Source of the DNA: an uncultured delta proteobacterium
GTDB taxonomy: Bacteria; Desulfobacterota; Binatia; UBA9968
DNA length: 64,000 nucleotides
Direction of reading: 5' to 3'
Assembly: GCA_963816145.1 (NCBI GenBank)
Contig: CAWFJP010000024.1
Span: 32,001 to 96,000, forward strand
Positions 1-11,172 of this stretch are shown piece by piece (the stretch's first letter is position 1; each line of letters starts with the position of its first letter). The translations under genes were made by a program, and so were the position numbers. The notes beneath the pieces are model-generated. The model searched no databases. It worked only from the letters and a program-made list of their open reading frames with translations, and was not told where the DNA came from.

Positions 1-963
1 CGCCAGGCGCAGCCGGACCGTCTGGCTACCGCCGGCGGGCACCTCGAGGACATAGTGAGCCGCCGCCTTGGTCCCGGTCTTGGCGGGATTCACCGCTTCG
101 CCCTCTCCCGAAATAATATATCGATGGAACGAGTCTTTGACGTAGGGAGACGCATTGGGCTGGTTCCACAGACGCTGGGCATTGCTCTCGTTTTCGGTGA
201 ACAGCAGCTCCGAAGCGCCATCGCATTGCAGCCAATACTCGCCGAGCTCTGGGTGTGACGCTTGAATTACCCCAGGTCCGGCTTCGCGTAGCGACGGCTT
301 GCCATCAGCCTCACCCCAGGACCAGGTGTTGCGAAACCACAGTGTCGGCAAGAGTCGCAGCCGGGCCGCCTCCGGCCCGCGATTGTGCACGGTGATGCGG
401 ATCAGCACATCTTCGGGGCCCTCTTTCGCGTACTCGACGAACACATCGAAATAACGGTCATCGTTGAATATGCCGGTGTCGAGCAGCTCGTATTCGAACT
501 CTTCCCGCGAGCGACCCCGGTTAGTAACGATCAGATCCCGGTAGGGATACTCGCGCTGCGGGTACTTGTAGAGGTACTTCATGTAGGAGTGCGTCGGCGT
601 GCTGTCGATGTAGAAGTAGTACTCCTTGACATCCTCGCCATGGTTCGCCTCGCTGTTGGTCAGTCCGAACAAGCGCTCCTTCAAAATCGCGTCGCGCTCG
701 TTCCACAAAGCCAGGGCAAAGCACAGCCGTTGCTTGTCGTCGCAAATGCCGCCAAGCCCGTCCTCGCCCCATTTGTAGGCGCGCGAGCGCGATTGGTCAT
801 GAGTGAAATAATCCCAGGCGTCGCCGTTATCGCTGTAGTCCTCGCGCACCGTGCCCCACTGCCGCTCGCTCAGGTAGGGTCCCCATTTCTTCCACGGGAT
901 GCCCGCCTCGCGCGCCTCGTTCAGCCGTTTTTGCTCGGTAACATCGACAATCTGAGTTGCCAT
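1..963 (-). CDS. MGH1-like/GH63 glucosidase, N-terminal part (runs off window start)
   Basis: Not in the ORF track. ATG at 963 reads [44 protein letters not shown], the typical N-terminus of this family. Confidence 0.85.
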   Translation of the reverse strand, partial: MATQIVDVTEQKRLNEAREAGIPWKKWGPYLSERQWGTVREDYSDNGDAWDYFTHDQSRSRAYKWGEDGLGGICDDKQRLCFALALWNERDAILKERLFGLTNSEANHGEDVKEYYFYIDSTPTHSYMKYLYKYPQREYPYRDLIVTNRGRSREEFEYELLDTGIFNDDRYFDVFVEYAKEGPEDVLIRITVHNRGPEAARLRLLPTLWFRNTWSWGEADGKPSLREAGPGVIQASHPELGEYWLQCDGASELLFTENESNAQRLWNQPNASPYVKDSFHRYIISGEGEAVNPAKTGTKAAAHYVLEVPAGGSQTVRLRLA

Positions 964-983
964 TTCTCGCTGTCTCCTTCGAG

Positions 984-1295
984 TTAATTTTCCGCGGTCT
1001 TGGTTTGCGCCGTTGATCCCGGCTTTTTAACTGGTTTGGCTTTTGCTTTTGCGGCGCTGGTGACCGGCGGCTTGCGAGTCACTTTAACCGCTGTGCGAGC
1101 GGCCGGCATGGTTCGCTCTTGCCCCAGCTCCGCTTCCGCCTGCAGCCAATCTTCTACCTCGTGGCCATGTTCGCGGCCGCGTCGCTCGTAAAGTTCATAG
1201 GCACGGCGGCTAATTTGCTCCTCAAGGTCGATGGCGACTTCTTCGCTCTTAACTTTTGCCGCTCTAGGTTTGGTTGTCTTCTGCGATATTTTCAT
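984..1295 (-). CDS. DUF2934 domain small protein
   Basis: [33 protein letters not shown] motif with a Lys/Ala-rich tail; likely start MKISQK at 1295. Confidence 0.85.
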   Translation of the reverse strand: MKISQKTTKPRAAKVKSEEVAIDLEEQISRRAYELYERRGREHGHEVEDWLQAEAELGQERTMPAARTAVKVTRKPPVTSAAKAKAKPVKKPGSTAQTKTAEN

Positions 1296-1548
1296 ATTTA
1301 CTCCGCACGCCTGTTCTGTCGGTAATTGACGAATCACTGCGTCTGCGCGATGCCACAACTATCCTGAATAATCTGCACACGCCATGCCATGGTTTCACCA
1401 CCGACGACGAGATCGTCGCCCGGCTAATTCCGACAAGAATCGTTAAACGGTCTGGTCAGAGATGACAAATCCATCGGGAAAATTCTTAGATCTGAAAATA
1501 CGCCGCAGTCCTTACGCACTGCCAATAGCGCTCAATCCTGCTTTACGC

Positions 1549-2271
1549 TTATTTCTGCTGCTCGAGCCACGCCGCATGCTGCTCCCGGATGATGGCGATC
1601 GCAGCATCGGCGTCGGCCGCGCAGCGCGGGATCGCCATGTCCTCGGCGTTGGCCAAAGGTGGGTCGACGGATAGCATGGAGTTGCGCGCCCACTCGATCA
1701 GGCCCGGCCACATATTCCCCACCAGGATCAACGGCATGTCTTGAAGATGGCGAACCTGCAACAGCTGCCAGATCATCATCGTCTCCAGTACCGTACCGAT
1801 GCCTCCTGGCGCGACGATGAAAGCGTCGGACGTGAGCACGAACTGGTGCAGGCGCGTGAAAAAGGTCCGGTGCTCGAACGCCTCGGTCACGAACGCGTTG
1901 ACTTCCTGCTCGAAGGGCAAATCCACACGGATGCCAACGGATTGGGCGCGATCCGGCGCCGTGGCCGCGCCTTCGTTGGCCGCTTGCATTAACCCCGGGC
2001 CGCCGCCGGTGATGATGTCGCAGCCCATATCCGCCAACGCGGCCGCCAGCCGTTTGGTCTCTTCATAAGCGAAGGTTCCCGGCTTCACCCGCGCCGAACC
2101 GAAGATCGTCACCCGATAGCGGTCGTGCTTGGACGGCCTGAGCCGCGTCAGATTGCTTACGACGTCCCACAGCCCGAGTACCGAGTTGACAAGAACCTGC
2201 TTAACGCTTTCCTCGTCGGCCAGGCTGATCCTATCGTCTTTTGGCGCCTTCGAATCATTCGTACTCATCAC
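1549..2271 (-). CDS. LOG family (lysine decarboxylase-like) nucleotide-binding protein
   Basis: VTIFGSAR, TGGGPGLMQAANEGA and PGGIGT motifs. Confidence 0.9.
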   Translation of the reverse strand: MMSTNDSKAPKDDRISLADEESVKQVLVNSVLGLWDVVSNLTRLRPSKHDRYRVTIFGSARVKPGTFAYEETKRLAAALADMGCDIITGGGPGLMQAANEGAATAPDRAQSVGIRVDLPFEQEVNAFVTEAFEHRTFFTRLHQFVLTSDAFIVAPGGIGTVLETMMIWQLLQVRHLQDMPLILVGNMWPGLIEWARNSMLSVDPPLANAEDMAIPRCAADADAAIAIIREQHAAWLEQQK

Positions 2272-2432
2272 TCTCGATCCTCGAGCAACAAAACGTCGAG
2301 ACGGTGATTGTCCATTCTCATCCTTAACGTCTGGTTAAAGCCATATGATCCGCGCATTATTGCTCCAATTCCTCGACTAGACTCCGGTTCGCTGCAGACA
2401 CAATCACCGTAATGAAGACGAAAAAAACTGTC

Positions 2433-2452
2433 TATTGGACCTTGGTCTAATA
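2433..2452. promoter_or_regulatory. Palindromic operator candidate, copy 1 (TATTGGACCTTGGTCTAATA)
   Basis: Matches four other intergenic sites; lies upstream of the LOG gene. Confidence 0.6.
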
Positions 2453-2521
2453 TGTTTGAGCGGCGAATCGCGCCCCGTGCGAACTGTCGAATGCCGTCGA
2501 ATGGGTCAGGGGTCGAGATCC

Positions 2522-2576
2522 GGATTCGCCTGTGGTGAGCACGATCGAAGCACCGCTAAAGACATGCGGGAATGAC
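2522..2576. repeat. GTCAT-type REP-like palindrome interrupted by a 25-nt insert
   Basis: GGATTC[GCCTGTGGTGAGCACGATCGAAGCA]CCGCTAAAGACATGCGGGAATGAC; removing the insert restores the hairpin. Confidence 0.55.
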
Positions 2577-2707
2577 GGACTTGGCAATGGCAATTAGTGC
2601 AATGCAGCGAGCTGCGGGGAGTCGACCCGCAGAGTGTTCATGAGCTTACGCTCGTCTACAGAGTATGAAATTGCCCGGTACCCCGCCACAGGTTCTTTCA
2701 TCGATCC

Positions 2708-2883
2708 GTCATGCCGGCGCAGGCCGGCATCCATCTTCGTGCGCGCTGCAACGCCAAAGAAAACCTGGATTCCGGCCGGATCGAGTCCGGGGCAGGCTCT
2801 GCGCCGGAATTACGACAAGAGGAAGAGTCGACTTCTAGGCGACGAGTTCAGAACCCCGCGCCTTTAAGCCGACGGTCGTCCAA
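2708..2883 (+). repeat. Dispersed REP-like/miniature element; second copy inverted at 47754-47850
   Basis: Paired palindromes GTCATGCCGGCGCAGGCCGGCATCC / GGATTCCGGC..GCCGGAATTAC, followed by a tail of about 65 nt shared with 47754-47820. Confidence 0.75.
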
Positions 2884-3079
2884 TATAAATACACCGGTGC
2901 ATTTACAGTGTCGTAAATACGCACGGATCGAGGCGTCGGATCAACTTAATAAACCATGCGCGCCGTGAGCATTGTCCCTTACCGATTGACTATCCGATGC
3001 TGACGGGATCGTCGCGAGCGGCTTGCAAGCGCCGATGGGCTTACAATTTTAGCAATCCACGTTACAATGAAGCGCACAT

Positions 3080-3411
3080 ATGGCGAATGTTGGCGCACCT
3101 GAGGAGTTGCAGTTTGAGGTAATAACCCCGTTGGGCTTCCGAGTCCGCGTGACGCGTGCTTATTGGGAGATCATCGTCGGCTTTAAACACCCGGTTATGG
3201 CGGCACACGAGCAGGCGGTTAAGGAAACTCTGGTAAAGCCGAGTGAAATACGATTGAGTAAGAGTGATCCGTCAGTACACCTTTTCTATCGAACGGAACG
3301 GAGCGAGCGCTGGGTTTGTGCGGTTGCCAAGCGACTCGATAGCGAAGGCTTTCTAAGCACGCCTGTCCAACGGATGCCATCAAAGAAGGAGAACGGATAT
3401 GGCCCAAGTAA
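3080..3411 (+). CDS. DUF4258-like putative toxin (one apparent indel near 3360)
   Basis: TPLGFRVRVTRAYW..KHPVM..IRLSKSDPSVHLFY; the family-like end PTDAIKEGERIWPK* is in another frame and overlaps the next start. Confidence 0.65.
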
Positions 3412-3611
3412 AAGTATTTTACGATGAGACCGGCAATACACTCACAGTTTGGTTTGGCGATTCGCACGAAGAATATGTATGCGAAGAAACAGGCGAAGAA
3501 GTCATTCTCATGAAGGATAAAGCCGGTAAAGTGATCGGTTTTGAAAAACTCAATTTCACGCTGGCTAAACCAACGCGCCTACAGGTTGCCTTTGAAACAG
3601 TGACCGGATAA
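3399..3611 (+). CDS. DUF2283 putative antitoxin
   Basis: VKVFYDETGNTLTVWFG...ILMKDKAGKVIGFEKLNF; overlaps the upstream small gene. Confidence 0.8.
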   Translation: MAQVKVFYDETGNTLTVWFGDSHEEYVCEETGEEVILMKDKAGKVIGFEKLNFTLAKPTRLQVAFETVTG

Positions 3612-3673
3612 AAGGCACTCCGCTTCAATCCAACCCCGACAAGAGCTTGGGCCCTAAACAGATTTATCAGCAA

Positions 3674-5812
3674 CTAGTCGACCCAGTGAAGCACGTTGCG
3701 GATCACCGACCAGCGGGGCTGGTTATCCGCGGCGAATTGTCCCAGGATCCAGTAGTCATAAAGTTTTTTAAAGGTGCCATCGCCCTTTTTAAGTTCCACC
3801 AGGGCGTTGACGTAATCGACCAGTTCCCGGTCACCGCGCGCCACCGCATAGCTCACCGGTAGCGCGATCGGCGGTGGCGGCACGACAACCGCGTATTCCG
3901 GATAGAGCAGGCTCCAAGCCGATCCCCCCTCGGCGCTATAAACAAAGCCATCGAAAGTTTTTCCCTTGGGTTGAAAAAACTCTTCGGCGGAATTCACGGT
4001 CACCAGCTCTGCTTTGGGCAAGCGTTCCCGGACGAAAGAGATAAAATAGGGCACATCTAAAACGGCTAGCTTCGGCGCTTTTAATTCTTTCAGGGCTTCG
4101 CGGCTACTGAATTCAGATCGTCGATAATCTTGGACCACAAAAGCCAAAGTCAGCTCCATGTATGGCGTCGAGAGACTCGCGGCTTCGGCGCGTTCCGGAG
4201 TGAGCACCATTCCCGACATCACGATATCACAGTAACCTTCACTGAGCTGTTGAAATATCTTGCTGCGATCGACGGCTACGAACTCGAGGCCGACGCCGAG
4301 AGAACGCGCAAGAATATGCGCCATTTCAACATCCAGGCCGACTAATTCTCCCCTTCCATTAAAGAAAGTAGCGGGACGATTATCCTCGAGATAGCCGACT
4401 CGGATTACACCCCGGGCACGGATTCTCTTCAGCCCCGATGGCGACGAATCCATCGGCAAAGGCGGCGGCGCCGATTTATAAACCTTGGCAGGGCCGGTGG
4501 CGAATAACGGCTGCATTTGGCCGATAATCTTATCCTTGTCGTAGGCGTTCTGAACCGCCAATGAAAAATAGGCGCGCGCCCCAATCACCGCGCCGGCGAT
4601 CAAGCCCACCATAAGCGCTGTCACGGGAACCAAGCGCTTCCACTGAAAACGCAGCGCCCCTGACATGGCAAAGCCGCCGAGCACCGCGAGCGTAAATAGG
4701 TGCATCGCCGAGGCCAAAGTGCCAAATTGCGCAACGAAAATCCCCGAGGCGAGGTAAAGTTGCATCATGTCGGCGGGTAGGCGGAGCAGATCAAGCAAAA
4801 ACGGCATGGCGGCAACCGGCTTGCCGAAAAAACTTAACAGTCCGGACACAGTTAAATTGACATAGGCCGCAAGGCTGATGGCCGTCTTGGTGAACCAAGC
4901 AGCAAACAGGATGAAAAGAAGCTGGAACAGCCTACCGACGTTAGGGAAATTGAAGGAAATCGGTATGATCACGTCAACGCTACGCTCCGCTTCCGCGCTC
5001 GCGCCCGCGCCCTTTCGCAGCATTTCCTTGCCATGTTCAGTCAGCATCGGTATGACGATCAGTAAATTATCCGTCGCGAATGCCATTAACAGCGCGTCTT
5101 TCGTGGTCCAGACGATCTCCCGGTAACCGAGCGGTGTCAGCAGCATGATGAACGCAGGGAGAACGCCAAACGTCATCAACAGGGTGGCCAAAATATCGGT
5201 GACGATATAGACCTGCAGGCGGCTCAATTCATCGATATTCATCGTGCCGGCTGTGCTCGCCGAAATCGCGAAAATACCGAGCGGGGTGAGCCTGGAGACA
5301 AATTTCGTGACCCGCTTGAGGGCGTCTTCCATGACATCAAAGGCGGCGATGAGTGGAGCCTTGCTCTCGATCCCCATCAGGGCCAGACCTACCGCAATGC
5401 TAAAAAGCACCACCGCCGGCACGATGTTGTTGGCCATCGAATAGAAAGGGTTGCTGGGGATGAACTCAAGGAAATTGAATCGCTGCGGCGACTCGAGCGA
5501 CGTCGAGCTAAAGAACGACGCGGATTGCCAATTGGGAAAACTGAGCGGGAAGATATACAAGAGCGCGAAGGTCAAGGCCCAGATCAGCAGCAGCAAACTG
5601 CCCACGCGCAACGAAAGCTGGACAGCCTCGCCGTATTTCAACTTGCCGATCCCGGACATCAGAGTAATCATGATGTATGGCAGCACGGCCATCTGCAGCA
5701 ACTGGACATAGGCTGTGCCGACAGCCTTGAGCGGAGCGGTGATTTCACCGAGGAAAATACCCGTCGCAATGCCCAGACCCAAGCCGAGAAATATTTTTGC
5801 CGATAAACTCAT
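3674..5812 (-). CDS. Dicarboxylate/amino acid:cation symporter fused to a family-3 substrate-binding domain
   Basis: Hydrophobic DAACS-like N-terminal ~420 aa; C-terminal IRARGVIRVGY..GLDVEMAHILA SBP_bac_3 signature. Confidence 0.85.
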   Translation of the reverse strand: MSLSAKIFLGLGLGIATGIFLGEITAPLKAVGTAYVQLLQMAVLPYIMITLMSGIGKLKYGEAVQLSLRVGSLLLLIWALTFALLYIFPLSFPNWQSASFFSSTSLESPQRFNFLEFIPSNPFYSMANNIVPAVVLFSIAVGLALMGIESKAPLIAAFDVMEDALKRVTKFVSRLTPLGIFAISASTAGTMNIDELSRLQVYIVTDILATLLMTFGVLPAFIMLLTPLGYREIVWTTKDALLMAFATDNLLIVIPMLTEHGKEMLRKGAGASAEAERSVDVIIPISFNFPNVGRLFQLLFILFAAWFTKTAISLAAYVNLTVSGLLSFFGKPVAAMPFLLDLLRLPADMMQLYLASGIFVAQFGTLASAMHLFTLAVLGGFAMSGALRFQWKRLVPVTALMVGLIAGAVIGARAYFSLAVQNAYDKDKIIGQMQPLFATGPAKVYKSAPPPLPMDSSPSGLKRIRARGVIRVGYLEDNRPATFFNGRGELVGLDVEMAHILARSLGVGLEFVAVDRSKIFQQLSEGYCDIVMSGMVLTPERAEAASLSTPYMELTLAFVVQDYRRSEFSSREALKELKAPKLAVLDVPYFISFVRERLPKAELVTVNSAEEFFQPKGKTFDGFVYSAEGGSAWSLLYPEYAVVVPPPPIALPVSYAVARGDRELVDYVNALVELKKGDGTFKKLYDYWILGQFAADNQPRWSVIRNVLHWVD

Positions 5813-5820
5813 GAGCAGCC

Positions 5821-6066
5821 TTAATCAATTTTCAGTGCAGTTGACGTGAAGCAGCCGGCGATAGTGTTTAGACTGAAGGAGTGCCGTCGCGATGAAATAC
5901 ATGATGATTCAGCAGCGGATTTGCATTGACGTACATAGCACCCATTGAGGCGTCGGATCAACTTAAATAAAGCCTCGACAACTTCCTCGGCCAAGGCGTC
6001 TATCACTTCCGTGGCGAGCAAACGTTCGCGCTCCGCAGCGACTTTGAGGTTCGGCTGCTGACGCAT
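5821..6066 (-). CDS. Small hypothetical protein
   Basis: 81-aa ORF from ATG 6066, between an operator-like site and the symporter; no recognised motif. Confidence 0.3.
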   Translation of the reverse strand: MRQQPNLKVAAERERLLATEVIDALAEEVVEALFKLIRRLNGCYVRQCKSAAESSCISSRRHSFSLNTIAGCFTSTALKID

Positions 6067-6104
6067 GATGCCAGGCGAGTGCAATAAAGACGCAAAAAAC
6101 CGGC

Positions 6105-6124
6105 TATTGGACTTTGGTATAGTA
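6105..6124. promoter_or_regulatory. Palindromic operator candidate, copy 2 (TATTGGACTTTGGTATAGTA)
   Basis: Same motif and same preceding A-tract as the 2433 copy. Confidence 0.5.
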
Positions 6125-6221
6125 TGTTCGTGCGGCAAATGGCTAGCCCTATGCGGGCTGTTGAATACCTGGGCCTCACCGAGCTGGCAGCGAGACCCAG
6201 TAAAACTTCGCCGTCCGCGCG

Positions 6222-6336
6222 CGTTCACATCGTTCCCTTCGCATGTTCAGGGTAGGCTCTATCCTCCCCCGCGACGCGGGGGAGGATAGAGGTGGGGGTT
6301 TGAACGATTGGCACGGTTTGAACGGCTGGAACGGCC
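6222..6336. repeat. Mosaic intergenic repeat with a perfect 16-bp stem and 9-mer tandem (TTGAACGG-like)
   Basis: TCTATCCTCCCCCGCG-A-CGCGGGGGAGGATAGA at 6258-6290; four GAACG-like 9-mers at 6300-6336. Confidence 0.7.
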
Positions 6337-6344
6337 TTTTCCAA

Positions 6345-8711
6345 TTAATACGGCCAGATCCAGTGGGTAAGCTCGGGCCGGTCGGTGCCATGCTCGTGGG
6401 CGTAGTGCAGGTTGTCGATAATCGCGTTCTTCATCGCTTCCTTTAAATGCGCCGCCTTCGTGCGCAGCTTCGGCACTCGGTCGATGACGTCGATGACCAG
6501 ATGGAAACGCGAGGTCTCGTTCAGCATCGCCAGCTCGAGGGGTGTGTTGATGTTGCCCTTTTCCTTGTAGCCGCGCACGTGCATGTTTTCGTGTCCCTTG
6601 AATCGGTACGCGAGCTTGTGGATGAGCCAGGGATAGCCGTGGAAGTTAAAGATGATCGGCTTGTCGGTGGTGAATAGGCTGTCGAACTCGCGCTCCGTCG
6701 AGCCATGCGGATGCTCCGATGCCGGCTGCAGCTTGAACAGATCGACCACGTTGACGAAGCGGAGTTTCAGATCCGGCGTGCGCTCGCGCAAGATCGCGGC
6801 TGCGGCCAACGCCTCCATGGTGGCCACGTCGCCGCAGGAAGCCAAAACCACATCCGGCTCCTCGCCCGCGTCGGTGCTCGCCCGCGCCCAAATGCCGATG
6901 CCCTTGGAGCAGTGAATGATCGCCTCGTCGATGGTGGTGAACTGCAGGTGCTTCTGCTTGTCGGCGACGATGACGTTGATGTAGTCGGTCGAACGCAAAC
7001 AATGGTCCGCCACCGACAGCAAGGTGTTGGCGTCGGGCGGCAGATAAATACGTGTGACCGATGGGCCCTTGTTGGTGACTAAATCGATGAAACCGGGGTC
7101 CTGATGCGAAAATCCGTTGTGGTCCTGGCGCCAGACGGTGGACGACAACAGGATGTTCTCGGAAGCCACCGAGGCGCGCCAAGGCACATGGTTTTTACAG
7201 ATATCCAACCACTTGGCGTGCTGGTTGAACATCGAATCGATGACATGGGCAAAGGCTTCATAGGTGTGGAAAAAACCATAACGGCCAGTGAGCAGATAAC
7301 CCTCCAGCCAGCCGATCAAGGTGTGCTCGGAAAGCATCTCCATGACGCGCCCATCGGGCGAGAGTTCGCCGCCGTCGGCGTCCTCCGGCAGCATGTCGGC
7401 CATCCAGGTTTTCTTGCTCACTTCGTAAATCGCCTGGAGCCGGTTGGAGGCGGTCTCGTCGGGGCCGAAGACGCGGAAGCTGGACATGTTGTTCTTCATC
7501 ACATCGCGCAAGAACTCGCCCAGGGGTTTGGTGTTCTCGAATTGCGCTGCTCCTCGAGCTGGAACTTCGACGGCGTATTTGCGAAAGTCGGGAAGCTTGA
7601 GTTCCTTGCGCAGCAACCCGCCGTTGGCGTGCGGGTTGGCGCTCATGCGCCGGCTGCCCTTGGGCGCCAGCGCCTTGAGCTCGGGCACGAGCTTGCCGCT
7701 GGCGTCGAACAACTCCTCGGGCTTGTAGCTGCGCATCCAATCTTCCAGAAGTTTTAAGTTCGTGGGGTTGTCGCGCACGTCGGCGAAGGGCACCTGATGC
7801 GAACGCCAGGAGCCTTCCACTTTATGGCCGCGGATTTCCTTTGGCCCGGTCCAACCTTTAGGGGAACGGAGCACGATCATCGGCCAGCGCGGTCGGAAAG
7901 CCTTATTCGACTCGCGCGCTGTGTTCTGTAGCGCGCGGATCTCGCCGATCGCTTCCTCCAAAGTAGCCGCCATCTTTTGATGCATCGCCGTCGGGTCGTC
8001 GCCTTCGACGAAGTAGGGCTTGTAACCGTAGCCGACAAACAACGCTGCCAACTCTTCGTGGCTGATACGCGCAAGGATCGTTGGATTGGCGATCTTGTAG
8101 CCATTCAAATTGAGGATCGGCAGCACCGCGCCGTCGCGCACCGGATTGATAAATTTATTAGAGTGCCACGCAGTCGCGAGCGGTCCGGTCTCCGCCTCGC
8201 CGTCGCCCACCACGCAGGCGACTATGAGATCCGGACTGTCGAGCGCCATGCCATAGGCGTGCGACAGACTGTAGCCGAGCTCGCCGCCTTCGTGGATGGA
8301 GCCGGGAGTTTCCGGCGTGACATGGCTGCCGATGTGGCCGGGAAAGGAGAACTGCTTGAAAAACTTCTGCATCCCTTCAGCGTCTTCGCTCTTGTCCGGA
8401 TAGATCTCGGAGTAGGTGCCTTCGAGATACGCCGGACCCAGGACCCCCGGCGCGCCATGGCCCGGGCCGGCGACAAAAATCACGTCGAGGTCATGCTTGA
8501 CGATCATTCTATTGAGATGCACCCAAGCGAACGAAAGCGCCGGGCTCGCGCCCCAATGGCCGAGCAGGCGGTGCTTCACATCTTCCGTCTTCAAAGGCTC
8601 CTTGAGCAGCGGGTTGTCTTTGAGATAGATCATCCCCACCGAAAGGTAGTTGCACGCCCGCCAGTAGGCGTTCATCAGTTCCAGCTCTTTATTGGTTAAT
8701 TGATTTGCCAT
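6345..8711 (-). CDS. xfp: Phosphoketolase (XFP family)
   Basis: 788 aa; [29 protein letters not shown] (TPP binding), [14 protein letters not shown]. Confidence 0.97.
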   Translation of the reverse strand: MANQLTNKELELMNAYWRACNYLSVGMIYLKDNPLLKEPLKTEDVKHRLLGHWGASPALSFAWVHLNRMIVKHDLDVIFVAGPGHGAPGVLGPAYLEGTYSEIYPDKSEDAEGMQKFFKQFSFPGHIGSHVTPETPGSIHEGGELGYSLSHAYGMALDSPDLIVACVVGDGEAETGPLATAWHSNKFINPVRDGAVLPILNLNGYKIANPTILARISHEELAALFVGYGYKPYFVEGDDPTAMHQKMAATLEEAIGEIRALQNTARESNKAFRPRWPMIVLRSPKGWTGPKEIRGHKVEGSWRSHQVPFADVRDNPTNLKLLEDWMRSYKPEELFDASGKLVPELKALAPKGSRRMSANPHANGGLLRKELKLPDFRKYAVEVPARGAAQFENTKPLGEFLRDVMKNNMSSFRVFGPDETASNRLQAIYEVSKKTWMADMLPEDADGGELSPDGRVMEMLSEHTLIGWLEGYLLTGRYGFFHTYEAFAHVIDSMFNQHAKWLDICKNHVPWRASVASENILLSSTVWRQDHNGFSHQDPGFIDLVTNKGPSVTRIYLPPDANTLLSVADHCLRSTDYINVIVADKQKHLQFTTIDEAIIHCSKGIGIWARASTDAGEEPDVVLASCGDVATMEALAAAAILRERTPDLKLRFVNVVDLFKLQPASEHPHGSTEREFDSLFTTDKPIIFNFHGYPWLIHKLAYRFKGHENMHVRGYKEKGNINTPLELAMLNETSRFHLVIDVIDRVPKLRTKAAHLKEAMKNAIIDNLHYAHEHGTDRPELTHWIWPY

Positions 8712-8943
8712 TGCTTCCTCCTATTTAATTCTTCCAGAGTTTCGCGGCGCGCCGCGAACTTATCCCCTGTCGATTGCTAACGATGCGCATACTCATCGCG
8801 CCGCAGTCGTGAAGTTTGCGGCTCTTAAGTTATTGTACTTGGATTTTTTCGCGCGATCCTCCGCTGCTTCTTAAGCGTTGTTTGCGCCATACCGTGGTCC
8901 CTCTCCCAATCACAGTTTCTAACAAACATCGTCGACCCAGCTC

Positions 8944-8963
8944 TATTGGATCTTGGTCCAATA
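8944..8963. promoter_or_regulatory. Palindromic operator candidate, copy 3 (TATTGGATCTTGGTCCAATA)
   Basis: Near-perfect palindrome upstream of xfp. Confidence 0.6.
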
Positions 8964-9346
8964 CCAACTCTGGGGTAACTTTCCGCTCCTGTGATGCCGA
9001 GACGATCGGCGATTTCGCAGCCGTGAAATTCATTCACCGCAAAACCCACGCCACCATTGCACGATGGTGGAATCACTTGGAACACGGAAATTTGAACTAA
9101 AGATCAGAAAACCACGTGGCAGAACTGAAACAACATTGTTGCAAATTTCACCCGGGCGATAACGGCCCGACTTTGAAGTTGGACCCGGTGCTGGCACAAA
9201 ATTACATTGCCAGTCTACCTTGCTTGCCGCGACGTCACCAAAGCGAATCGGACTCTGCATTGAACTCTGGGTGTCGTCCCTCCTGCGGAACTTTAATTAG
9301 CTGCGCATCGATGACGTGAGATTGCGGCATACCGGTTCGTTCAGAA

Positions 9347-9538
9347 TCACAGAACAGTCGCTCTCGACTTCACACCGTAAGCGAGCCCAGCTCCATCGAT
9401 TGAACTAATGCCCTCCGATGAAGTTTCTCTGTCTTCTTTCAACCGCCGCAGGCGGGCTCGTCGGCCGATCTCGAGAAACAGCAGCATGCCGAGAAACAAA
9501 CCAGCGGCAAGCAAAATCACAATGGTTGCGTGTGTCAT
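9347..9538 (-). pseudogene. 5' fragment of a DUF4239-like membrane protein
   Basis: LFLGMLLFLEIGRR...GISSIDGA resembles the family N-terminus, then similarity stops abruptly. Confidence 0.55.
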
Positions 9539-9707
9539 GGTGAATTGCGAGAGGATTAGTTATCAGTGATCAGTAACCAGCAAAAAGAGATAAAATGTTG
9601 GAAGTTGGAACACTGGAATCCGGTTCCGATCTCCAGACGTAGCAGCCGTCCGAACTGCCACTACGCGGTACTCTAGTATTCCTTTCGTCCGATCACTTGC
9701 GTACCGT

Positions 9708-11132
9708 TCAGCGCCAGCGCAAGGTCTGGCGCGCCCGCCGCACGACCGCGAAACGCGCATAGATCCCTTCATGGCCATCGCTCGGGCTGATGCTCACCAG
9801 ATCGTAGATCCCGCCGAAGCGGCTATCGCCGCCGGCAAGAGAGCGCAAGCGATTGCCGGCCATGACTTGGTAGCCGTCCAAATGGGTCCAATGCGGCCAT
9901 TTGCCGAAACCCCGCTCGCGGCCGAAGCGCGCATAGAGATCGTAGGGAATGCACACCAGGCGAAACTCCACCGGGTCCAGACCGAGCAGTTTTTCGACGA
10001 TCTCGGCCCCGGAGCGCATGAGCTTGGACTCGATCTCCGCATGGGCGCAGCCGTTGCGCTTGGCCAGGCCCAATGCAGCCAAAAGTTTCGATGGCTGGCC
10101 GGCGGTCGATTCGTTTTCGGCGAAGTCTTCCCACAGCACCGATTCGGCGGCTAGCGGCGGCAGATAGCGCGCTCCCCCTGAATTGACAAAGATCTGCTGA
10201 ATGAACTGTCCGGCGAGCACCCGACTTTCTTCGTTGTCGAGCTCAGCCGGAATTCCCAGTTCGGCCAATGCGCGCGACCGCAGCACCCCTTCGCGTTCCA
10301 TATCCGGGTTGGACGGGACCGGCTGGTCGACATGGGTGTAAATGGCTTCGCGGACCTTGGCCAGTTCGGCCAGCGGCGCTGTGCGCGCTTCAACCAGGCC
10401 TAGATCTCGAGCCCGCTCGATCACTTGGGGCGAAAACGGCGCGGCGAGATCGATGGGGCACTCGTAGCGGCTGAGCATCACCGGGGCGTTTCCCGAGGCT
10501 GCCGGGACGCCGCTTTCTTTCCAGTCCTGCAGCTCTTTCGCCAGCCGTTGCAGCGCGGCGGCATCGCCGCGTTCCGCGGCGTCCATGGCCGACTGCTCCA
10601 CTTGTGACCGGTCGCGCTTCGCACCCTTTTGCGAAACGACTTCGCTTTTCAGTTCCAGCGCGGCAAAATAGCTGCGCCGTTTTTCATAGAATGCACTGGA
10701 TGCGCTATCCAGTTTCGCCAGCGACGCCAAGGCGTTAGTCAACTGCGTGCGCAGGTCGGCTTGACCGGCCTGAGATCCCAAGTGTTTGCCGGGTGAGAAC
10801 GGATCAAAAACAACCGCATCCGCCTCGTAAACATCCTTCCCCATGACGGCCAGGTTGCGCGTCGTTGCCAGCCGTTGGCGCAGGCTTTCGATCCGCGCCG
10901 ACAGCTCGGCCGCTTGCGCCCACTCGCGGTGCAGCACCGCCGTGCGGCTGCGGCTCGTCAAATCGTCAATTTCCTTTTCGCTCGTGCCGATGGCCCGATA
11001 GTTAGCTTCATCGAAGGTCGAACTCAACAATTCGCGCGCCCGCCGCAGATGGATATCACGATAGACTGTGTCCCCGTTGGCGACCTCCACCAATAGTCCG
11101 ACGATTTTGATTGTATTTGCATCCTTTGCCAT
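9708..11132 (-). CDS. Hypothetical protein (474 aa)
   Basis: Long ORF with an AGGAGG RBS and genome-like codon usage; no family recognised. Confidence 0.85.
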   Translation of the reverse strand: MAKDANTIKIVGLLVEVANGDTVYRDIHLRRARELLSSTFDEANYRAIGTSEKEIDDLTSRSRTAVLHREWAQAAELSARIESLRQRLATTRNLAVMGKDVYEADAVVFDPFSPGKHLGSQAGQADLRTQLTNALASLAKLDSASSAFYEKRRSYFAALELKSEVVSQKGAKRDRSQVEQSAMDAAERGDAAALQRLAKELQDWKESGVPAASGNAPVMLSRYECPIDLAAPFSPQVIERARDLGLVEARTAPLAELAKVREAIYTHVDQPVPSNPDMEREGVLRSRALAELGIPAELDNEESRVLAGQFIQQIFVNSGGARYLPPLAAESVLWEDFAENESTAGQPSKLLAALGLAKRNGCAHAEIESKLMRSGAEIVEKLLGLDPVEFRLVCIPYDLYARFGRERGFGKWPHWTHLDGYQVMAGNRLRSLAGGDSRFGGIYDLVSISPSDGHEGIYARFAVVRRARQTLRWR

Positions 11133-11172
11133 TACCGTTTCCTCCTGTTCATTTATCTGCTAAAATAATAGA

